This document shows, piece after piece, positions 12,980 to 29,575 of a stretch of DNA of 64,000 nt (position 1 is its first letter; the number at the start of each line of letters is the position of its first letter). The notes below the pieces were generated by a model. It made no database searches and was not told where the DNA came from. It was given only the letters and a program-made list of their open reading frames with translations. Made by a program: the position numbers and the translations under genes. This DNA comes from the human T2T-CHM13v2.0 reference genome, Homo sapiens: the NCBI RefSeq assembly GCF_009914755.1, contig NC_060947.1, one strand, 5' to 3'.

Positions 12980-14870
12980 GATTTTTGCCACTAGGTTTAT
13001 GAGAAATGTTGATCAGTAATTTTCTTTTCTTGTACTGTTTTAGTCTGGTTTTGGTATCAGAGTAATGCTTACCTCATAAAATGCATTGGAAAGTGTTGGC
13101 TTCTCTACTATTTCATGGTAGAGATTGTGTAGAATTGGTTTTTATATTCTTTAAATGTCTACCAGTGAAACCACTTGGACCTAGAAATTTCTTTTTTGAA
13201 AGGCTTTAAAATATGAATTCAATGTCTTAAATAGTTATAGGACTATTCAGGCTATTTATTTAATCTTGGGTGAGTTTTCACAGCTTGTGGTATTTGAGGA
13301 ATTGGTTTATCACATAGAAGCTGTCAGATTTATGTGCATAGACTTATTTGTAGTATTCCCTTATTTTCCCTTTCAATGTCTGAGTCATCTCTACTGATAT
13401 TCTCTTTAATTTCCTATATTGATAATTTGTGTCTTGTTTTACATTTATCAGTTTTTGTCAGATTTGTGAATTGTATTCATCTTTTCAAATAATTAGCTTT
13501 CATTTTAATTGATCTTCTCTATTGTTTTCTGTTTTCAATTTTGTTAATTTTTCCTCTTATTTTTATTATTTTCTTCATTCTGCTTGGTTTTGGGTTATTT
13601 AGCTCTTTTTGTTTTAGTGTCTTAAGGTGGGAGCTTATATTATTGACTTGAGTCTTTTCCTCTTTTCACCTCAGATATATTGAAGTACAATTAACAAATA
13701 CAGTATAAGTTTAAGGTGTACAACATGGTGATTTGCTATATGCATATATTGTGAAATGGTTACCACAATCAAGTTAGTTAAGAATCTATCACCTTATGAA
13801 TTTGCCATTTTTTAGTGGTGAGAACATTTAAGATATCAAGTATTTAGCAGAGAATTTTAATAAACTATGGTAATCATGCTGTAGATTAAAATTACCAAAA
13901 CTTCTTCATCTTATAATTGAAAGTTTTTACCCTTTGACCAACATCTCCCTATTTCCTCCACTCCCCTGACAACCACCATTGTACTCTGCTTCTATGAGTC
14001 TGACTTTTTCGATTCTACATGTAAGTGTGATCATACAGTATTTGCCTGTTTGTGAGTCTGGCTCATTTCACTTAGCATAAGATCCTTCAGGTTCATCCAC
14101 ATTGTCACAAATGACAGGATTTCCTTCTTTTTATGGATGAATAATATTCCATTGTATGTATGTATGTATTTATCTATCTGTCTATCTATCTATCATATTT
14201 TTTTCTCCATTCATCCATTGATGGATGCTTAGGTTGTTTTCATATCTTGGCTATTGTGAATAATGCTGCAATCTCTTTGAGATGCTGATTTTGTTTCCTT
14301 CAAATATATGCCCAGAAATGGGATTGCTGCATTGTATGGTAGGTCTATTTTTAGCATTTTGAAGAACCTCCATACTGCTTTCGTACCAATGTACATTGTC
14401 ATCAATAGTGCATAAGGGTTCTCTTTTCTTCACACCCTCTCCAACTCTTGTTATTTCTTACCTTTTTTGTAATAGTCATCCTAACAGGTGTGAGGTGATA
14501 TCTCATTATGGTTTTGATTTGCATTTCCCTGATGATTAGTGATTTTGAACATTTTTTTCATATACCTGTTTACTATTAGTATGTTTTCTTTGGAGAAATG
14601 TCTATTCAGGTCCTTTGACCATTTTTAAATTGGGTTGTTTGGAATTTTTTTTGAAATTGAGTTGTTGTATGAGTTTCTTATATGTTTTAGATATTAACCC
14701 CTTATCAGATATATGGTTTGCAAATATTTTTTCCCATTCCATAGGTTGCCTAGTTATTTTGTTGATTGTTTTCTTTGCTGTGCAGAAGCTTTTTAGTTTG
14801 ATATAGTTGCACTTATTTATTTTCATTTTGTGGCTTGTGCTTTTGTTATCATTTTCAAAAAATCATTGCC
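12980..14870 (-). mobile_element. L1M ORF2 fragment followed by L1MA 3' end
   Basis: tctggttttggtatcagagtaatgct...; aaggtgtacaacatgg...ttgctgtgcagaagctttttagtttgat. Confidence 0.85.
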
Positions 14871-14884
14871 CCTCTTTTCTAATA

Positions 14885-15545
14885 CAGGTTGAGTGTGTCT
14901 CATCTGAAATTATTGGGACCAGAAGCGTTTTGGATTTTAGATTTTTTTTTCAGATTTTGGAATATTTGCATAAATATAATGAGATATCTTGGGGATGGGA
15001 CCCAAGTCTAAACACAAAGTTCATTTATGGTTTATTTATTTATTTATTTATTTATTTTGAGGCAGAATCTCTCTCTGCTGCCCAGGCTGAAGTGCAGTGG
15101 CACAGTCTTGGTTCACTGCAACCTCTGCCTCACAGGCTCAAGTGATCCTCCTGCCTCAACCTCCTGAGTAGCTGGGATTACAGGCATGTGCCACCACACC
15201 TGGCTAATTTTTGTATTTTTAGTAGAGATGGAGTTTCACCATGTTGGCCAGGCTGGTTTCGAACTCCTGGGTCCAAGTGATCCACCCGCTTCAGCCTCCC
15301 AAAATGCTGGGATTATAGGCATGAACCACTGCGCCAGCCTATGTTTTATATATACCTTATACACATAGCCTAAAGGCAATTTTATACAATATTTTAAATA
15401 CTTCTGAGCATGAAGCAAAGTTTTGACTGCAACCTCTCATATGAGGTCAGGTATGAAATTTTCCACTTGTGGTATCATGTTGACACTAAAAAGGTTCAGA
15501 TTTTGGAGCAGTTCAGATTTTTGGATTAGGAATGCTCAACCTATG
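14885..15545. mobile_element. Tigger4/MER46-like DNA transposon interrupted by Alu
   Basis: TIRs caggttgag ... ctcaaccta, flanking TA; internal gatatcttggggatgggacccaagtctaaacac. Confidence 0.85.
15031..15339 (-). mobile_element. AluS
   Basis: Full dimer with (TTTA)n tail. Confidence 0.95.
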
Positions 15546-15600
15546 TAAGTATTCAATGCTATAAATTTCCTTCTAAGGATTGTTTTAATTGCATCGTACA

Positions 15601-15727
15601 TTTTTTTTTTAAAGATAGGGTCATCTTACGTTGCACTGGCTGGACTCGAACTCCTGGGTTCAAGCTATTCTTCTGCCTCGGCCTTCTAAGTAGCTGGGAC
15701 TCTAGGCACGTACCACCACAACTAGCT
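15601..15727 (-). mobile_element. Free Alu monomer (FLAM)
   Basis: Poly-T then single monomer; TSD-like tgcatcgtaca / tgcatcctaca. Confidence 0.8.
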
Positions 15728-15769
15728 GCATCCTACAATTTTGATGTTTTACTTTCATTTTCATTCAGC

Positions 15770-16400
15770 TTGCTCTTAAGCTTTGTTAGGACAGGTCTAG
15801 AATACCCTTTAGTTTAGGGTTAATTTTGCACTCCTACTAAGGTATCATTCTTCTGAGGATTCTACTAAGTAATCTGTGTATTAGGAGATTTTTCTACTCT
15901 GGCTGGTGAAGACATGTACTATTACCAGCCTTCTGTGAGCTCCAGGAATGATTCTAGTTACTCCTTTTTTGGTGATTATTTCCTTGGCTCTTGGTATTTT
16001 CTTCTTACTTCTGTGCAGATCAGTACTTAGCCAAAGACTTAAGGGGACTCTTCTGCCAATCTCTGGGACATTTTCTCTGTGCAGCTTCTTCCTCTCTGGT
16101 AGTCTGTTCCACAAATTATAGTTGCCTTGACCTCCCTGAACACCAGTCTCTGTCTCCTCAACTCAAGGAGACTGCTGGGTTCTGTTTGGGTCTCTTCTCC
16201 TTGTGCTGCATACTGGAAACAGCCTTATGCAATGGCAGGGTTAACTTTGTGTGTTTCCAGATATTTGGGGGTTACAATTCTTCACTGCTTATTGCCCCAA
16301 TGTCTAAAAACAGTTCTTTCATACATTTCATACAATTTTATAGTTTTAAGGTGGTAGGATAAATCCAGCCCCTGGTACTCCATCTTGGCCATAGTGGAAG
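15770..16400 (-). mobile_element. Old L1M 5'-region fragment
   Basis: gatcagtacttagccaaagacttaaggggactc and ctggctggtgaagac motifs of L1MC/MD 5' ends (recalled). Confidence 0.6.
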
Positions 16401-16427
16401 TTGAATTAACTGACTTTTAACTTTCAC

Positions 16428-16776
<349 letters not shown>

Positions 16777-17252
16777 TAGCTTTTAGGGGAATGAGGTAAA
16801 CAATAAAAAAAGAAGGCTGTATCAGGAATTTATTTTAAAAAATAAACTTTTATAGCATGTCCCTGGTTAGTCTGCACTCAGCTAACCTGACAAATATATG
16901 CCCTAGATGCCTAACTTTCATAATTGACTTCAGGCCATTTGACAGCAGAAAAATTCTGTCTTAGTCAGAGTCTGCTCACTAAGAAATGTTGCCAAATGCC
17001 ACGGTGGGAAGATCACTTGAGGCCAGGAGTTTGAGACCACCCTAGCCAACATAGTGAGACCCCATCTCTTAAAAGAGAGAGACCAGGAGATTCAATTTCT
17101 ATGTTTATTTAGAAAAAACCATAAACATCAGTTTTTAAATTTTTTTTATTCCTTTTTTTTTGTGTGCCGGGACATGTTCTCATCTAAAAAAACCATAAAC
17201 ATCAGTTTTCTGGGAAAATTGGGCTGGTTTCAAAAGGATGATGAACTCAAAT

Positions 17253-17546
17253 GTTTTGTCTTTTTTTTTTTGAGACACAGTCTCACTCCATTGCCCAGGC
17301 TGGAGTGCAGTGTTGTGATCACAGCTCACCGTAGCCTCAAACTCCTGGGCTCAAGCGATCCTCCTGCCTTAGCCTCCTGAGTGGCTAGGACTACAGTCAC
17401 CATGCCTAGCTAATTGTTAACTTTTTTGTAGACAAGTGGTCTCACTATATTGCCCAGGCTGGTCTCAAAGCCCAGGCCTCAAGCAATCCCCCAACCTTGG
17501 CCTTCCAAGGAGCTGGAACTACAGGCTTGCACCACCATGCCTGGCT
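17253..17546 (-). mobile_element. AluJ
   Basis: Diverged dimer with ctcctgggctcaagcgatcctcc diagnostic. Confidence 0.9.
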
Positions 17547-18130
17547 CTTGCCTTCCTCTGTTGTTCCTATCAGTGCCCCTTCCCCATAGACACCATCTTC
17601 CTTCTGGCCCCTACATGTCAGGAGCTGGGCTACATATCTTAAACTCCTATTAGCCATGAATCTTGATGTAACCCAAATCTCTCTAGCTGCACTTTTTACT
17701 GTCTCTGCCATGGTCTGCCATGGCCCCTCTATAGGCTGGTTTTCTCATTGTCTCTTGAATATGTTGTACTTATTTGAAATTTTAAGTTCATACTCATGTT
17801 GTTGCCACTGTCTACAATGTCCCTTGCCACTACAAAGATTGACCATCCTTCAGGGATCAACACAAAGTTGCATGCAGCCATTTTTTACCTCAACTCTACC
17901 AAGTGCCCCCTTTCAATCTATATCATTCACTTCGCACTTAATACCTTGCCGGGATTTCTGACACTATCACTCATGTGTACACCTTGTCTCCACAATCACA
18001 TTGTAAAGTCCTGCAGAGTAGAGACTATTTAGAGGTGTTCTTTTCTTTCTTTGTACTCCAATCCCCAGCCTCCAATGTCTAATATTGTGTTATATTCGTG
18101 ATAAAGTAAGCACCCAAACTATACATATAA

Positions 18131-18426
18131 TTTTTTTGTTTTTAGATGGAGTCTCACTCTGTCACCCAGGCTGGAGTGCAGTGGTATGATCTCAGTTCAC
18201 TGCAACCTCCATCTCCCAGGTTGAAGCTATCTCCTGCCTCAGCCTCCCAAGTAGCTGGGATTACAGGCGTGTGCCACCATGCCCGGCTAATTTTTTCTGT
18301 ATTTTTAGTAGAGACAGGGTTTTGCCATGTTGGCCAGAGTGGTCTTGAACTCCTGACATCAAGTGATCTGCCCACCTTGGCCTCCCAAAGTGCTGCGATT
18401 ATAGGCATGAGCCACCGTGCCTGGCC
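18131..18426 (-). mobile_element. AluS
   Basis: Full dimer. Confidence 0.95.
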
Positions 18427-19635
18427 TAAACAATATTTTTTGAGTGAGTAAATGAATGGAGTAATGAAAATAGGATTCAGAAGTCTTTAAAATGATAACA
18501 AAAGCTAACACTTATTGAACACTTTGTGCTAGGTTTTTGCTAAGGACCATACATAGTCTATCTCATTTAATTTTCTCTTTTTTAGAGGGATCAGCATTTA
18601 TTTTCTTTCCAAATGTTACAATGGAGCCAAGTGGGAATGATTTTAGCAATTAGAATGTATACATCTTCAGGATTTGGCCATTATATGTTATTTACAACAA
18701 GGGAGACAAAAAATAAGATGTATTACATTAGACACTTTCCTCTCTCTCCCTGCCTTGGCCTGAAAGCCTAACCATTCCCCGACCATGTCTAAAATGGACA
18801 CACAGTTGATTCCCAGTCTGGAGGCATAAACCTAGGGAGGGTCAATGTCCCAACTCAGAGACCCTTGGAAAGCAAAGGAAATTAAAAACTCAACATAGGG
18901 TGGCAGAGGTGTATGCTCAGAGTCTGGGAGTGAAAACACTCCACTCTGGCTCTGGGATTTAGTGGGCAGGTAAACAAAACTTACCTGGAATAGAAGTAGG
19001 GAGGAGAATCAGAAATTGACCTCTGCAAGTGTAGAGCCAGTGAAAGAGGTGGGGAGATGGAACAGATGTATTTTACATGACTAAACTCACTCAGAAAACT
19101 GTAAAAGATCATTTTCAACTGTCCTTGAGGAGGGAAGGGCAGATGGATTATGGGAAGGTCCTCAGGAAAGAGAAAGGGGAAAATGTGGCTGTGGGGAAGC
19201 AGAAGACAGTTTTTTTTTTTTGTTTTTTGTTTTTGGCATGGGGAGAAAGTGAGGGTACTCGGTCTGGCCAGTCACCCTACAATGACAGTACAATTTTTGC
19301 AGCTTAGCAATCACTTGTGTGCTCCCAACCCAGCTCTTCATTGTGCTTCCTGACCCTTGGTGTCGGTGCTGGTCTCTGGCTTGAGGGGGTGGACAATTCT
19401 GTGGCTTGGAGCCCTGTCTCTTCTTTTGTGTTTCCAGCATTACTGGTAGAGGTAGCCTCTGCTTGGGACTCCTGGCTCTTGGGAGAAGGTGGTGGCGGTG
19501 GCCTTTCCTTCCTGGCAGACTGTTCAGCACCACCAGCACAAACTTCCCCTTCTCTTGGTTGGTGAGGTGGGAGACACAATATCTTCAACCTCTTTCTGGT
19601 TTCTCTTGAAAGATAGGCCTGTATTTGAAGGACTC

Positions 19636-20423
<788 letters not shown>

Positions 20424-21775
20424 GGCTCCTCCTCCTCCATCTCCTCATTTCCTTCCTCTTTTCTTCTTTTATTCCCCTCATTATCCTTCTCCTTCTTTCT
20501 TCTTCTGAGTCTCTTTGGGGCTCTACATTGCGGAGTGCTGGTTTGATGGCATCTGGGGTAGCCTCGCCTGCCTCATCCGTTCCATTTAAGGTGATGAGAC
20601 TTCCCTTTGCCTATGAGTGCCAGGTTTTAATTGCTTTTCAGGTGGCCATTCTCCTGTTTTTTGACCTTGGTGATGGAATGGGGGTGAATTGTGTTCACAT
20701 TTCCCTAGAGCACCTAGGAGCTCTGGATGCTCATGCTAGGGGTTTGCTGTGGAGTACCCAGAGGCTTCTCAGATCCACACCTCTGGAGCGGGGCTAGTGA
20801 GGTATGACTGGCCAGTGGAGTGATAGGCCTGCATTACTGAGGGATGGGGGTTTCAGGGAAGGAACTGCACAAGATCTCTCATTTAATGCTTACAACGACT
20901 CTATGAGATAAATAGCTGTATCTATCTATTCCTTATTTACTTATTATGAAACTAAGTCTTAGAGGAGTTAAGTAACTTGTTCAAGGTCACACAGTTAGTA
21001 AGTATGTGTGTGTGTGGTCTCTTAAATAAAGACCCATGTTTGTCTCCAGAGCCTGTGTTCTTAACCAAGATAGTTTAGGCTAATTTGATGGCAAATCATT
21101 AAACTATTTGAATGCTGGTAGTAGCAAACAGGACTTTTCTTGCTGCCAACCATGGGTGTAAGAAGGTTTTTGAGAGATGAATATTTTAGAGATATTATTT
21201 TCCCCTCTGACTTGTGTGCCTTTGTGGACAGGGACTGGACCACCTACTGTTCAGATGTTGTAGCAGATATAACTAGGACCCCTGAAGGGAATGGAACAGT
21301 TGCCAATTGGATGACAAATTCAAGTCACTGTGTTCTGGCTAACAGAGTCACAGGAAATGCTGAAGGAAACATAACTAGTAGTAGCCAAAGAAGGAGAAAC
21401 ACATTTTGGAGCAGAATTCCTCTCGTTTGCCAATCTTTTTACAAAAGATTTTCCTGATGAAACTCGTCTGGACTTTGTTTCTTGAAAGAGTCAGGAGTGT
21501 AGAATGTGGGCATCTGGCTGCCAGCGGGGTCCTGTATCCCACTATTGGAAGGTGCCAGCCAGAGTTCTCCTCTGAATGTAATAATTACCAAGCCATTATT
21601 GAAATGGTCTTTAGAAGAAAACTTGTTTAAAGGGTTACATCCTGGGAATTTTTGCTCTTCCAATGTTATTAAAACCTAGTTGCTGTTTTCTCAGTTAGGC
21701 AAATGTTAGAGGAAATGAAATATAAACAGAGATTAATTTCTTCTCTCTGACATTTGATTTTCATTAGTTCCAAGT

Positions 21776-21822
21776 TATACTGTTCCTTTTATACTGTGTT
21801 CTTTTTATACTGTGTTCCTTTT
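21776..21822. repeat. Short tandem repeat, ~3 x tatactg(tg)ttcy-tttt
   Basis: ttatactgttccttttatactgtgttctttttatactgtgttccttttt. Confidence 0.85.
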
Positions 21823-22450
21823 AATTATCTGTTCCACAAGTTAACGTACATATTTTTTTCTTTTGAGATTCATAATGAACTTTAAAATGATGTTTTAAGG
21901 ACAGAGCTCTGATGAGACCTGACTTTTTTGTTTGTTTGTTTTTATTTACCAAATGATGTATTCTTGAATACACCTTTTTGGGTGGAAAACAGCCACCAAG
22001 TTGATTCCTCCATGCAGGGATAGACATAGTTGTGAAGGAGGCTGCAAAGCTGCCATTGGTGGTTCCCCATGTCTTCAGCCATTTTCTCCAATCCCCCATT
22101 CTTGCTTCCAGCCAGCTTGTTACCTTATAATATGTGCCCCATTGTTATGTGCCCCACCTTCTTTCGCTTTCTTTCAAGAACTTCACCCTTATCAAAATGT
22201 CCTCCTTCAGAGTCTTCTAGTTTGCCTCCTGGTTTCCTCCTACCATTCTCTTACTTTCATTCTGAACTGGAACTGATTCCTCCTTAATGTTTCTCCTGGT
22301 CTGACACCTACATGACTCTTGTTTCAGTCTTCCTATAACCTACATTGTGCCAGAGGCAACAATAAATATTGAATAAATGAATAGATAGGTGAGTGAATGA
22401 ATTAATTAATTTGAGGAATTCTGATGATCAAACAGGATGTCAGGTCCTCA

Positions 22451-22760
<310 letters not shown>

Positions 22761-22796
22761 ATGTCAGGTCCTTTATTTAATTTACTTAGATTAATT

Positions 22797-22958
22797 TATT
22801 TTTTTTTTTAGAGACAATGTCTTGCTCTGTCACCCAGGCTGGAGTGCAGTGGCATAATCATAGCTCACCTCAACCTTGAACTCCTAGGCTCAAGTGATCC
22901 TCTCTCCTAAGCCTCCTAAGTAGTTGGGACAACAGGCGAGAGGCACTGCATCTAGCCC
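22797..22958 (-). mobile_element. Alu monomer (FRAM/AluJ right arm)
   Basis: Poly-T then gagacaatgtcttgctctgtcacccaggctggag; one arm only. Confidence 0.85.
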
Positions 22959-23170
22959 CTTTATTGTGTTTATTACTTCTAAATCATTTTAGTATGAAAA
23001 ATTTCAAATATACAGATGAGTAGAGGGAGTGGTACAAACAGTCCCTGTGTATGTATCACACAGCTTCAATAGCTACCAACATGGAGCCACTCTTCTTTTA
23101 TTTATAACCTGTCTGCTTTTTGTCTGGTCCTTTAGCTGAATTCAGTTCAGTCAAGCAAGTGCATTATGGG

Positions 23171-23906
23171 TGCTATGATCTGAATATTTGCGTCCCCGAA
23201 ACTCATGCGCTGAAACCTAGTTATCAGTGTGATGGTATTAGGAGGTGAGGCTTTTGGGAAGTGATTATGTCACAAGTGGGACTAGTGCACTTATAAAAGA
23301 GGCCACAGAGAGTTAGCTTGCTCCTTGCACCTTGTGAAGACACAGTGGGAGTGTGCCATCTGAGAACCAGAAAGTGAGCCCGCACCAGACACCAAATCTT
23401 CCAGTGCCTTGATCTTGGACTTCCTTTTTTCTTTTCTTTTCCTTTCCTTTTCTTTTTCTTTTCTTTCTTTCTTTCTCTTTCTTTCTTTTTCTTTCTTTCT
23501 TTCTTTTTTTTTTTTGGAGTCTTGCTCTGTCACCCAGGCTGGAGTGCAGTGTCACGATCTCACGATCTTGGCTCACTGCCACCTCTGCCTCCTGGGTTCA
23601 AGTGATTCTCCTGCCTCAGCCTTCCGAGTAGCTGGGATTACAGGTGTGCACCACCATGCCCAACTAATTTTTGTATTTTTAGTAGAGACAGGGTATTGGC
23701 ATGTTGGCCAGGCTGGTCTCAAACTCCTGACCTCAGGTCATCCACCCATCTCGGCCTCCTAAAGTGCTGGGATTATAGGCGTGAGCCACCGTGGCCGACC
23801 GATCTTGGACTTTCTAGCCCTCAGAACTGTGAGAAATTAATTTCTGTTGTGTATAAGCCACCCACTTTACAGTATTTGGTTATAGCAGCCCAAATGGACT
23901 AAGACA
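23171..23906 (+). mobile_element. MLT1A-like solo LTR interrupted by AluS (23425-23796, minus)
   Basis: tgctatgatctgaat...aatggactaagaca; exact TSD atggg; Alu TSD gatcttggactt. Confidence 0.92.
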
Positions 23907-24042
23907 ATGGGAACATTTTAAAAACCGCTACAGGTATCTGCACTTAATTTAGACCTCCTGCTTGCCCTCTCTATTATAAAAGAGGCAGATTTGTTTGTAA
24001 CTTTTCCTGCTTCCTTGTTTGGCTCTTGTTTTTTACTTCTAC

Positions 24043-24540
24043 CAGGGGTTCTTAATCTGGATGCACAAATCCCCAAGGAGTCAATGGGTAAAAATCAAGG
24101 GGTCTATAAACTTGTATAAAAAAAATACAGTTTCATTTTCACTAACGTCCAACTAAAATTATATTATGAACATAAGCAGCGAACCACAGTAGTAGGTGTA
24201 GTACATGCAACTTTGAAAGGAGTAGAAATCTTTTAATATAAAATTTCAGAAGTTGTAGAGGCTTCAAAGTACCTTTTATGCTAATCACTACTTTGGAATC
24301 ATAATAGTTACTAGACCTGCCACCAGATCTTGTTATTGGATGTGTGAATAAGGAAACACATACATTACTGTATCACTTATTAATATTTTTATGATTGTAC
24401 AGAGATATATTTGGTTTCATTTGTAGCTCATTATGTTTTATTTTATATACTTAAATATTATTCTTTTAAAAGAAATTTATAGTTTTTCCTAAACTGTCAA
24501 AGGGTCCTATGGCTCAAAAAATATCTAGACACTTTAGTTG
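24043..24540. mobile_element. Charlie4-like hAT DNA transposon remnant
   Basis: caggggttcttaatctgg start; actgtcaaagggtcctatggctcaaaaaa near end. Confidence 0.6.
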
Positions 24541-26317
24541 ATAACACATTTGTATTCCTTATTCTAATTTTGACTTGATGTCTCCCTATCACCCACAACC
24601 AGTATAATTTATTACTTGTCTTCTGTGTAATACACAGGAAAGAAGTACCTCTCTTCCAAGTCCTGTATGCAGGGCTAGCTCCCCAGGACCTGCTCCTTTT
24701 ACTCCCTGCCAGAGCAGGAGCCAGAGCAACCTTTGCTAGCAACCCCAGAAAATAGATTTAGCCAATTATCATTTACTAGCAACAGGAGGGCCTGATGGAT
24801 GACTTTAATATATTTTAGTTTTCTACTGCTCAAGTAATTCTCATAATTCAGTTGGTTTTATATTATAATCTATTTTAGCCACCGACTGTTGGGTAAATAT
24901 TGAATCCCTGACTCCTGTGAGATTTTGGCAAGCCTAGCCTTGCCCTTGGCATTATGAAAGAAGCAGATTGAATTATGTTCCCCTTCACATTTTCTTTTAT
25001 CAATCTCCCTCTCTCCTCCTCTTTTTTGTTAATACTTTCTCCCCTTTCTTACTCAGAGACTGTTTCATTCTTTCCAGGCCCAGATCTGTGCTATGCAGCA
25101 AGAGATAAATCTACTTGGTCTCACAACCTGATGGCCTCTGCACTGAATTTACAAGCATGAGGTATAGAAACATCGCACAGATTGTAAGGGGTGGCCATCC
25201 CAGTTGTGTGATAAGTCTCTTGTGCCACAGGTTTTTCTTTCTGACTCTTTGCCTCAACTTCACTCAGCTGTCCCCATGTTATCTACCTGCTATCACTCTT
25301 AGCCTTAGGACATAGACCTGACCTGGACAAATAGCACCTGGGTTTGGTTGCTCCATAGATGGGGCTTCCATAGCAGGTACCAACACTCCAGGAGCCTCTC
25401 TGTTTCATATGGTATCCAATTTCCAATATCCAGTGGTCATGTAACAGACAATTGCTGTGTCTTCCATTTCTAAAGTCTCTGTGCCTATAATAAAGTGTCA
25501 TCTAAGTTCTTTTATTATGTCTGAGGAATGCTGTTATTTCTATTGATTATTTGTGGAGGAGGAAAGATTGACATGCCCCGATTCTTCCTTTCTCAGGCTA
25601 ACAGCTCTTGTCAGTTTCCCAGGTTACTTCTCTCCTTAAAAGGGAGTGTTCTTAAAAGAGTCTAATAATGATGGTTTATAATGCCAAAAATACCTTAAAC
25701 GTTCCATTCTTTTCAGGCCCTTAAATGTAATGTCAGTCATGAGAATCCTATAAAAATCTGAGGCAGATAGCTCAGAAACAATTCAAGCCCACCCTAACCC
25801 ACTTCATGTGTTAGCTTCCCTGTCTCCTTAATTTTTGCTTTCATATCTTGGTTCTATATTTCTGGTAATCCTTCAGCCTTGGTGATTTATGTTTTGTGCT
25901 CTGTATCAGCTAACATCTTGGCATCCTCAGGACTCCACATTTGGAATCTGCTCCTTGGCTCCATGTATTATAACCCTGGGCAACAAACACGTTGCCTTCA
26001 CCCACAGTCCTTGGAACATCCTCTTCCCTCCCCTAACAAGAATGCTGAGCTCATTCACTTTCCAGAGCCTCAAGAGGTCTCCTGCGTAGAGTCATGGATC
26101 ATGCATCTCATCCTAAAGCTCAACTAAGCAGCATCTGATGAGAATGTGACGAAGGCTGAACCAGCACACTGAACCACCATCATCCTTGTGCAAAAGCAAA
26201 ACTGGAGTTGCTGGCACTGTTCTTTCAGGTCCCCTATCAAAATGCCCTTGAGCTGCGTCTGGTTCTGTTATGGCTTCTCACTTCAAATAGAACCATTAAC
26301 ACAGACACAGCAACTGC

Positions 26318-27850
<1,533 letters not shown>

Positions 27851-28315
27851 ACTGCTTTTGACATTCTCCATTCATAAGTTTTCTTGGCTCTTTCTTCAAA
27901 TTTGGCTTTATAAAATTCCTATCAATTTTTAAAAATTTACACTCTTGGATTTCCTATGCAGCTAGGACCTTGGACCCATCATGTCTCTGAAACCATGGGT
28001 AAAGGTCACTTAACTTACGTGCTCTCTGCTGGTGTGTCAGAGGAAGATATCAGACATAAACATAGAGTACGAGATGACTGACCACCAACTCTAGGAGGAT
28101 GTTTTCTTACATTATTATGCAGGAGAACCATGTGCTTAGCACATACCTAACTGAATCCAACATAGCAGGCTATTGTAATACAGAATTCAAGAGGCTTGAA
28201 GAATCATAGGTTGCTTACAAAAGAGCTATAAGAGCTGAGATCTGGCTGTCTCCACTTAGTCAGATGATCCTAGCTCTGCTACATGTTCACCCTTGATAGA
28301 AAAAAAAACCACACA

Positions 28316-28316
28316 G

Positions 28317-28348
<32 letters not shown>

Positions 28349-28349
28349 A
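28316..28349. repeat. (CAA)n microsatellite
   Basis: aacaacaacaacaacaac... run. Confidence 0.95.
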
Positions 28350-28776
28350 AACCCAAAAAAACCTAACCCTTTAAAGAGTGAAGACTATACTAAGAAGATA
28401 AGGCAGCATGACAGGCAACTGTGGGGGGCCACTTGGGACAGGAAGCTCTTTTGGTGCTGCTAGGTGTCCACCACACCATGCCGCTGGTGGTTGATTATAG
28501 AATGTTGAAACTGTCTAGAAGGAGTAATGACTTTGCATCTAATGTGAGAGAAAATTACTTGAATGAAAGCCTTGCCATATTCCCATTCATGCTGTAGATG
28601 ACAGTCTCTCTCAGTTCCTTTACTGGCTGATGCTTTGGCATGTGCTAAGGAAGGTTGAGAATTGCTTCTTCCTTCTTGTGTTGTATAATACAATGAAATT
28701 TCACTGAGCATCATCTATTTCAGGCCAGGCCCTGTGCTAGACACTGGGGAATGAAACGTGAAAAAGACTTGGTTCT

Positions 28777-29076
28777 GGCTGGGAGTGGTGGTTCATGCCT
28801 GTAATCCCAGAACTTTGGGAGGCCGAGGCAGGCAGATATCTTGAGGCCAGGAGCTTGAGACCAGCCTGGCCAACATGGTGAAACCTTGTCTCTACTAAAA
28901 ATACAAAAATTAGCCGGGCGTGGTGGTGCACACCTGTAATCCCAGTTACTCAAGAGGCTGCTCCATGAGAATCGCTTGAACCCAGGAGGTGGAAGTTGCA
29001 GTGAACTGAGATTGTGCCATTGCAATCCAGCCTGGGGGACAGAGCAGGACTCCATCTCCGAAAAAAAAAAAAAAAA
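28777..29076 (+). mobile_element. Alu (S-like) inserted in an L2 fragment
   Basis: Full dimer; TSD aaaagacttgg. Confidence 0.95.
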
Positions 29077-29575
29077 GACTTGGATTCTCATCATAGTCTT
29101 GTTTTGTTGCTGTCTTTATGGAAAGTTGAGTGTTTCAGTTTCAGTTGGTACTAGCTTATGGGGACATTTGAAGGAACTTACATGGTAAATAAACTCAGGA
29201 TTATATACCCAGGTTTCCATAGTGGAAATGGGCTTTAAGGATGCATGTGAGAAAGACTTAGATATTTTTTACAAGTCTCAATCAATTTATTTTTTATTTA
29301 TTTTATTATAAATTGACAATTTATACCTGTATATGTTTATGAGGTACAAAGTGATATTATGATTTATGAATACCATGTGTAATAATTAATTCAAAGTAAT
29401 TAACATATCCATCACCTCAAATACTTATCATTTTTTGTGGTGAGAACATTTGTAATTTACTGTCTTAGCAATTTTGAAATGTACAATACACTATTATTAA
29501 ATATATTTACCATGCTGTGCAGTAGATGTAAAAAAAAAAACCCCTTATCTCTCCTAAGGAATGAGTTGGTGCTTA

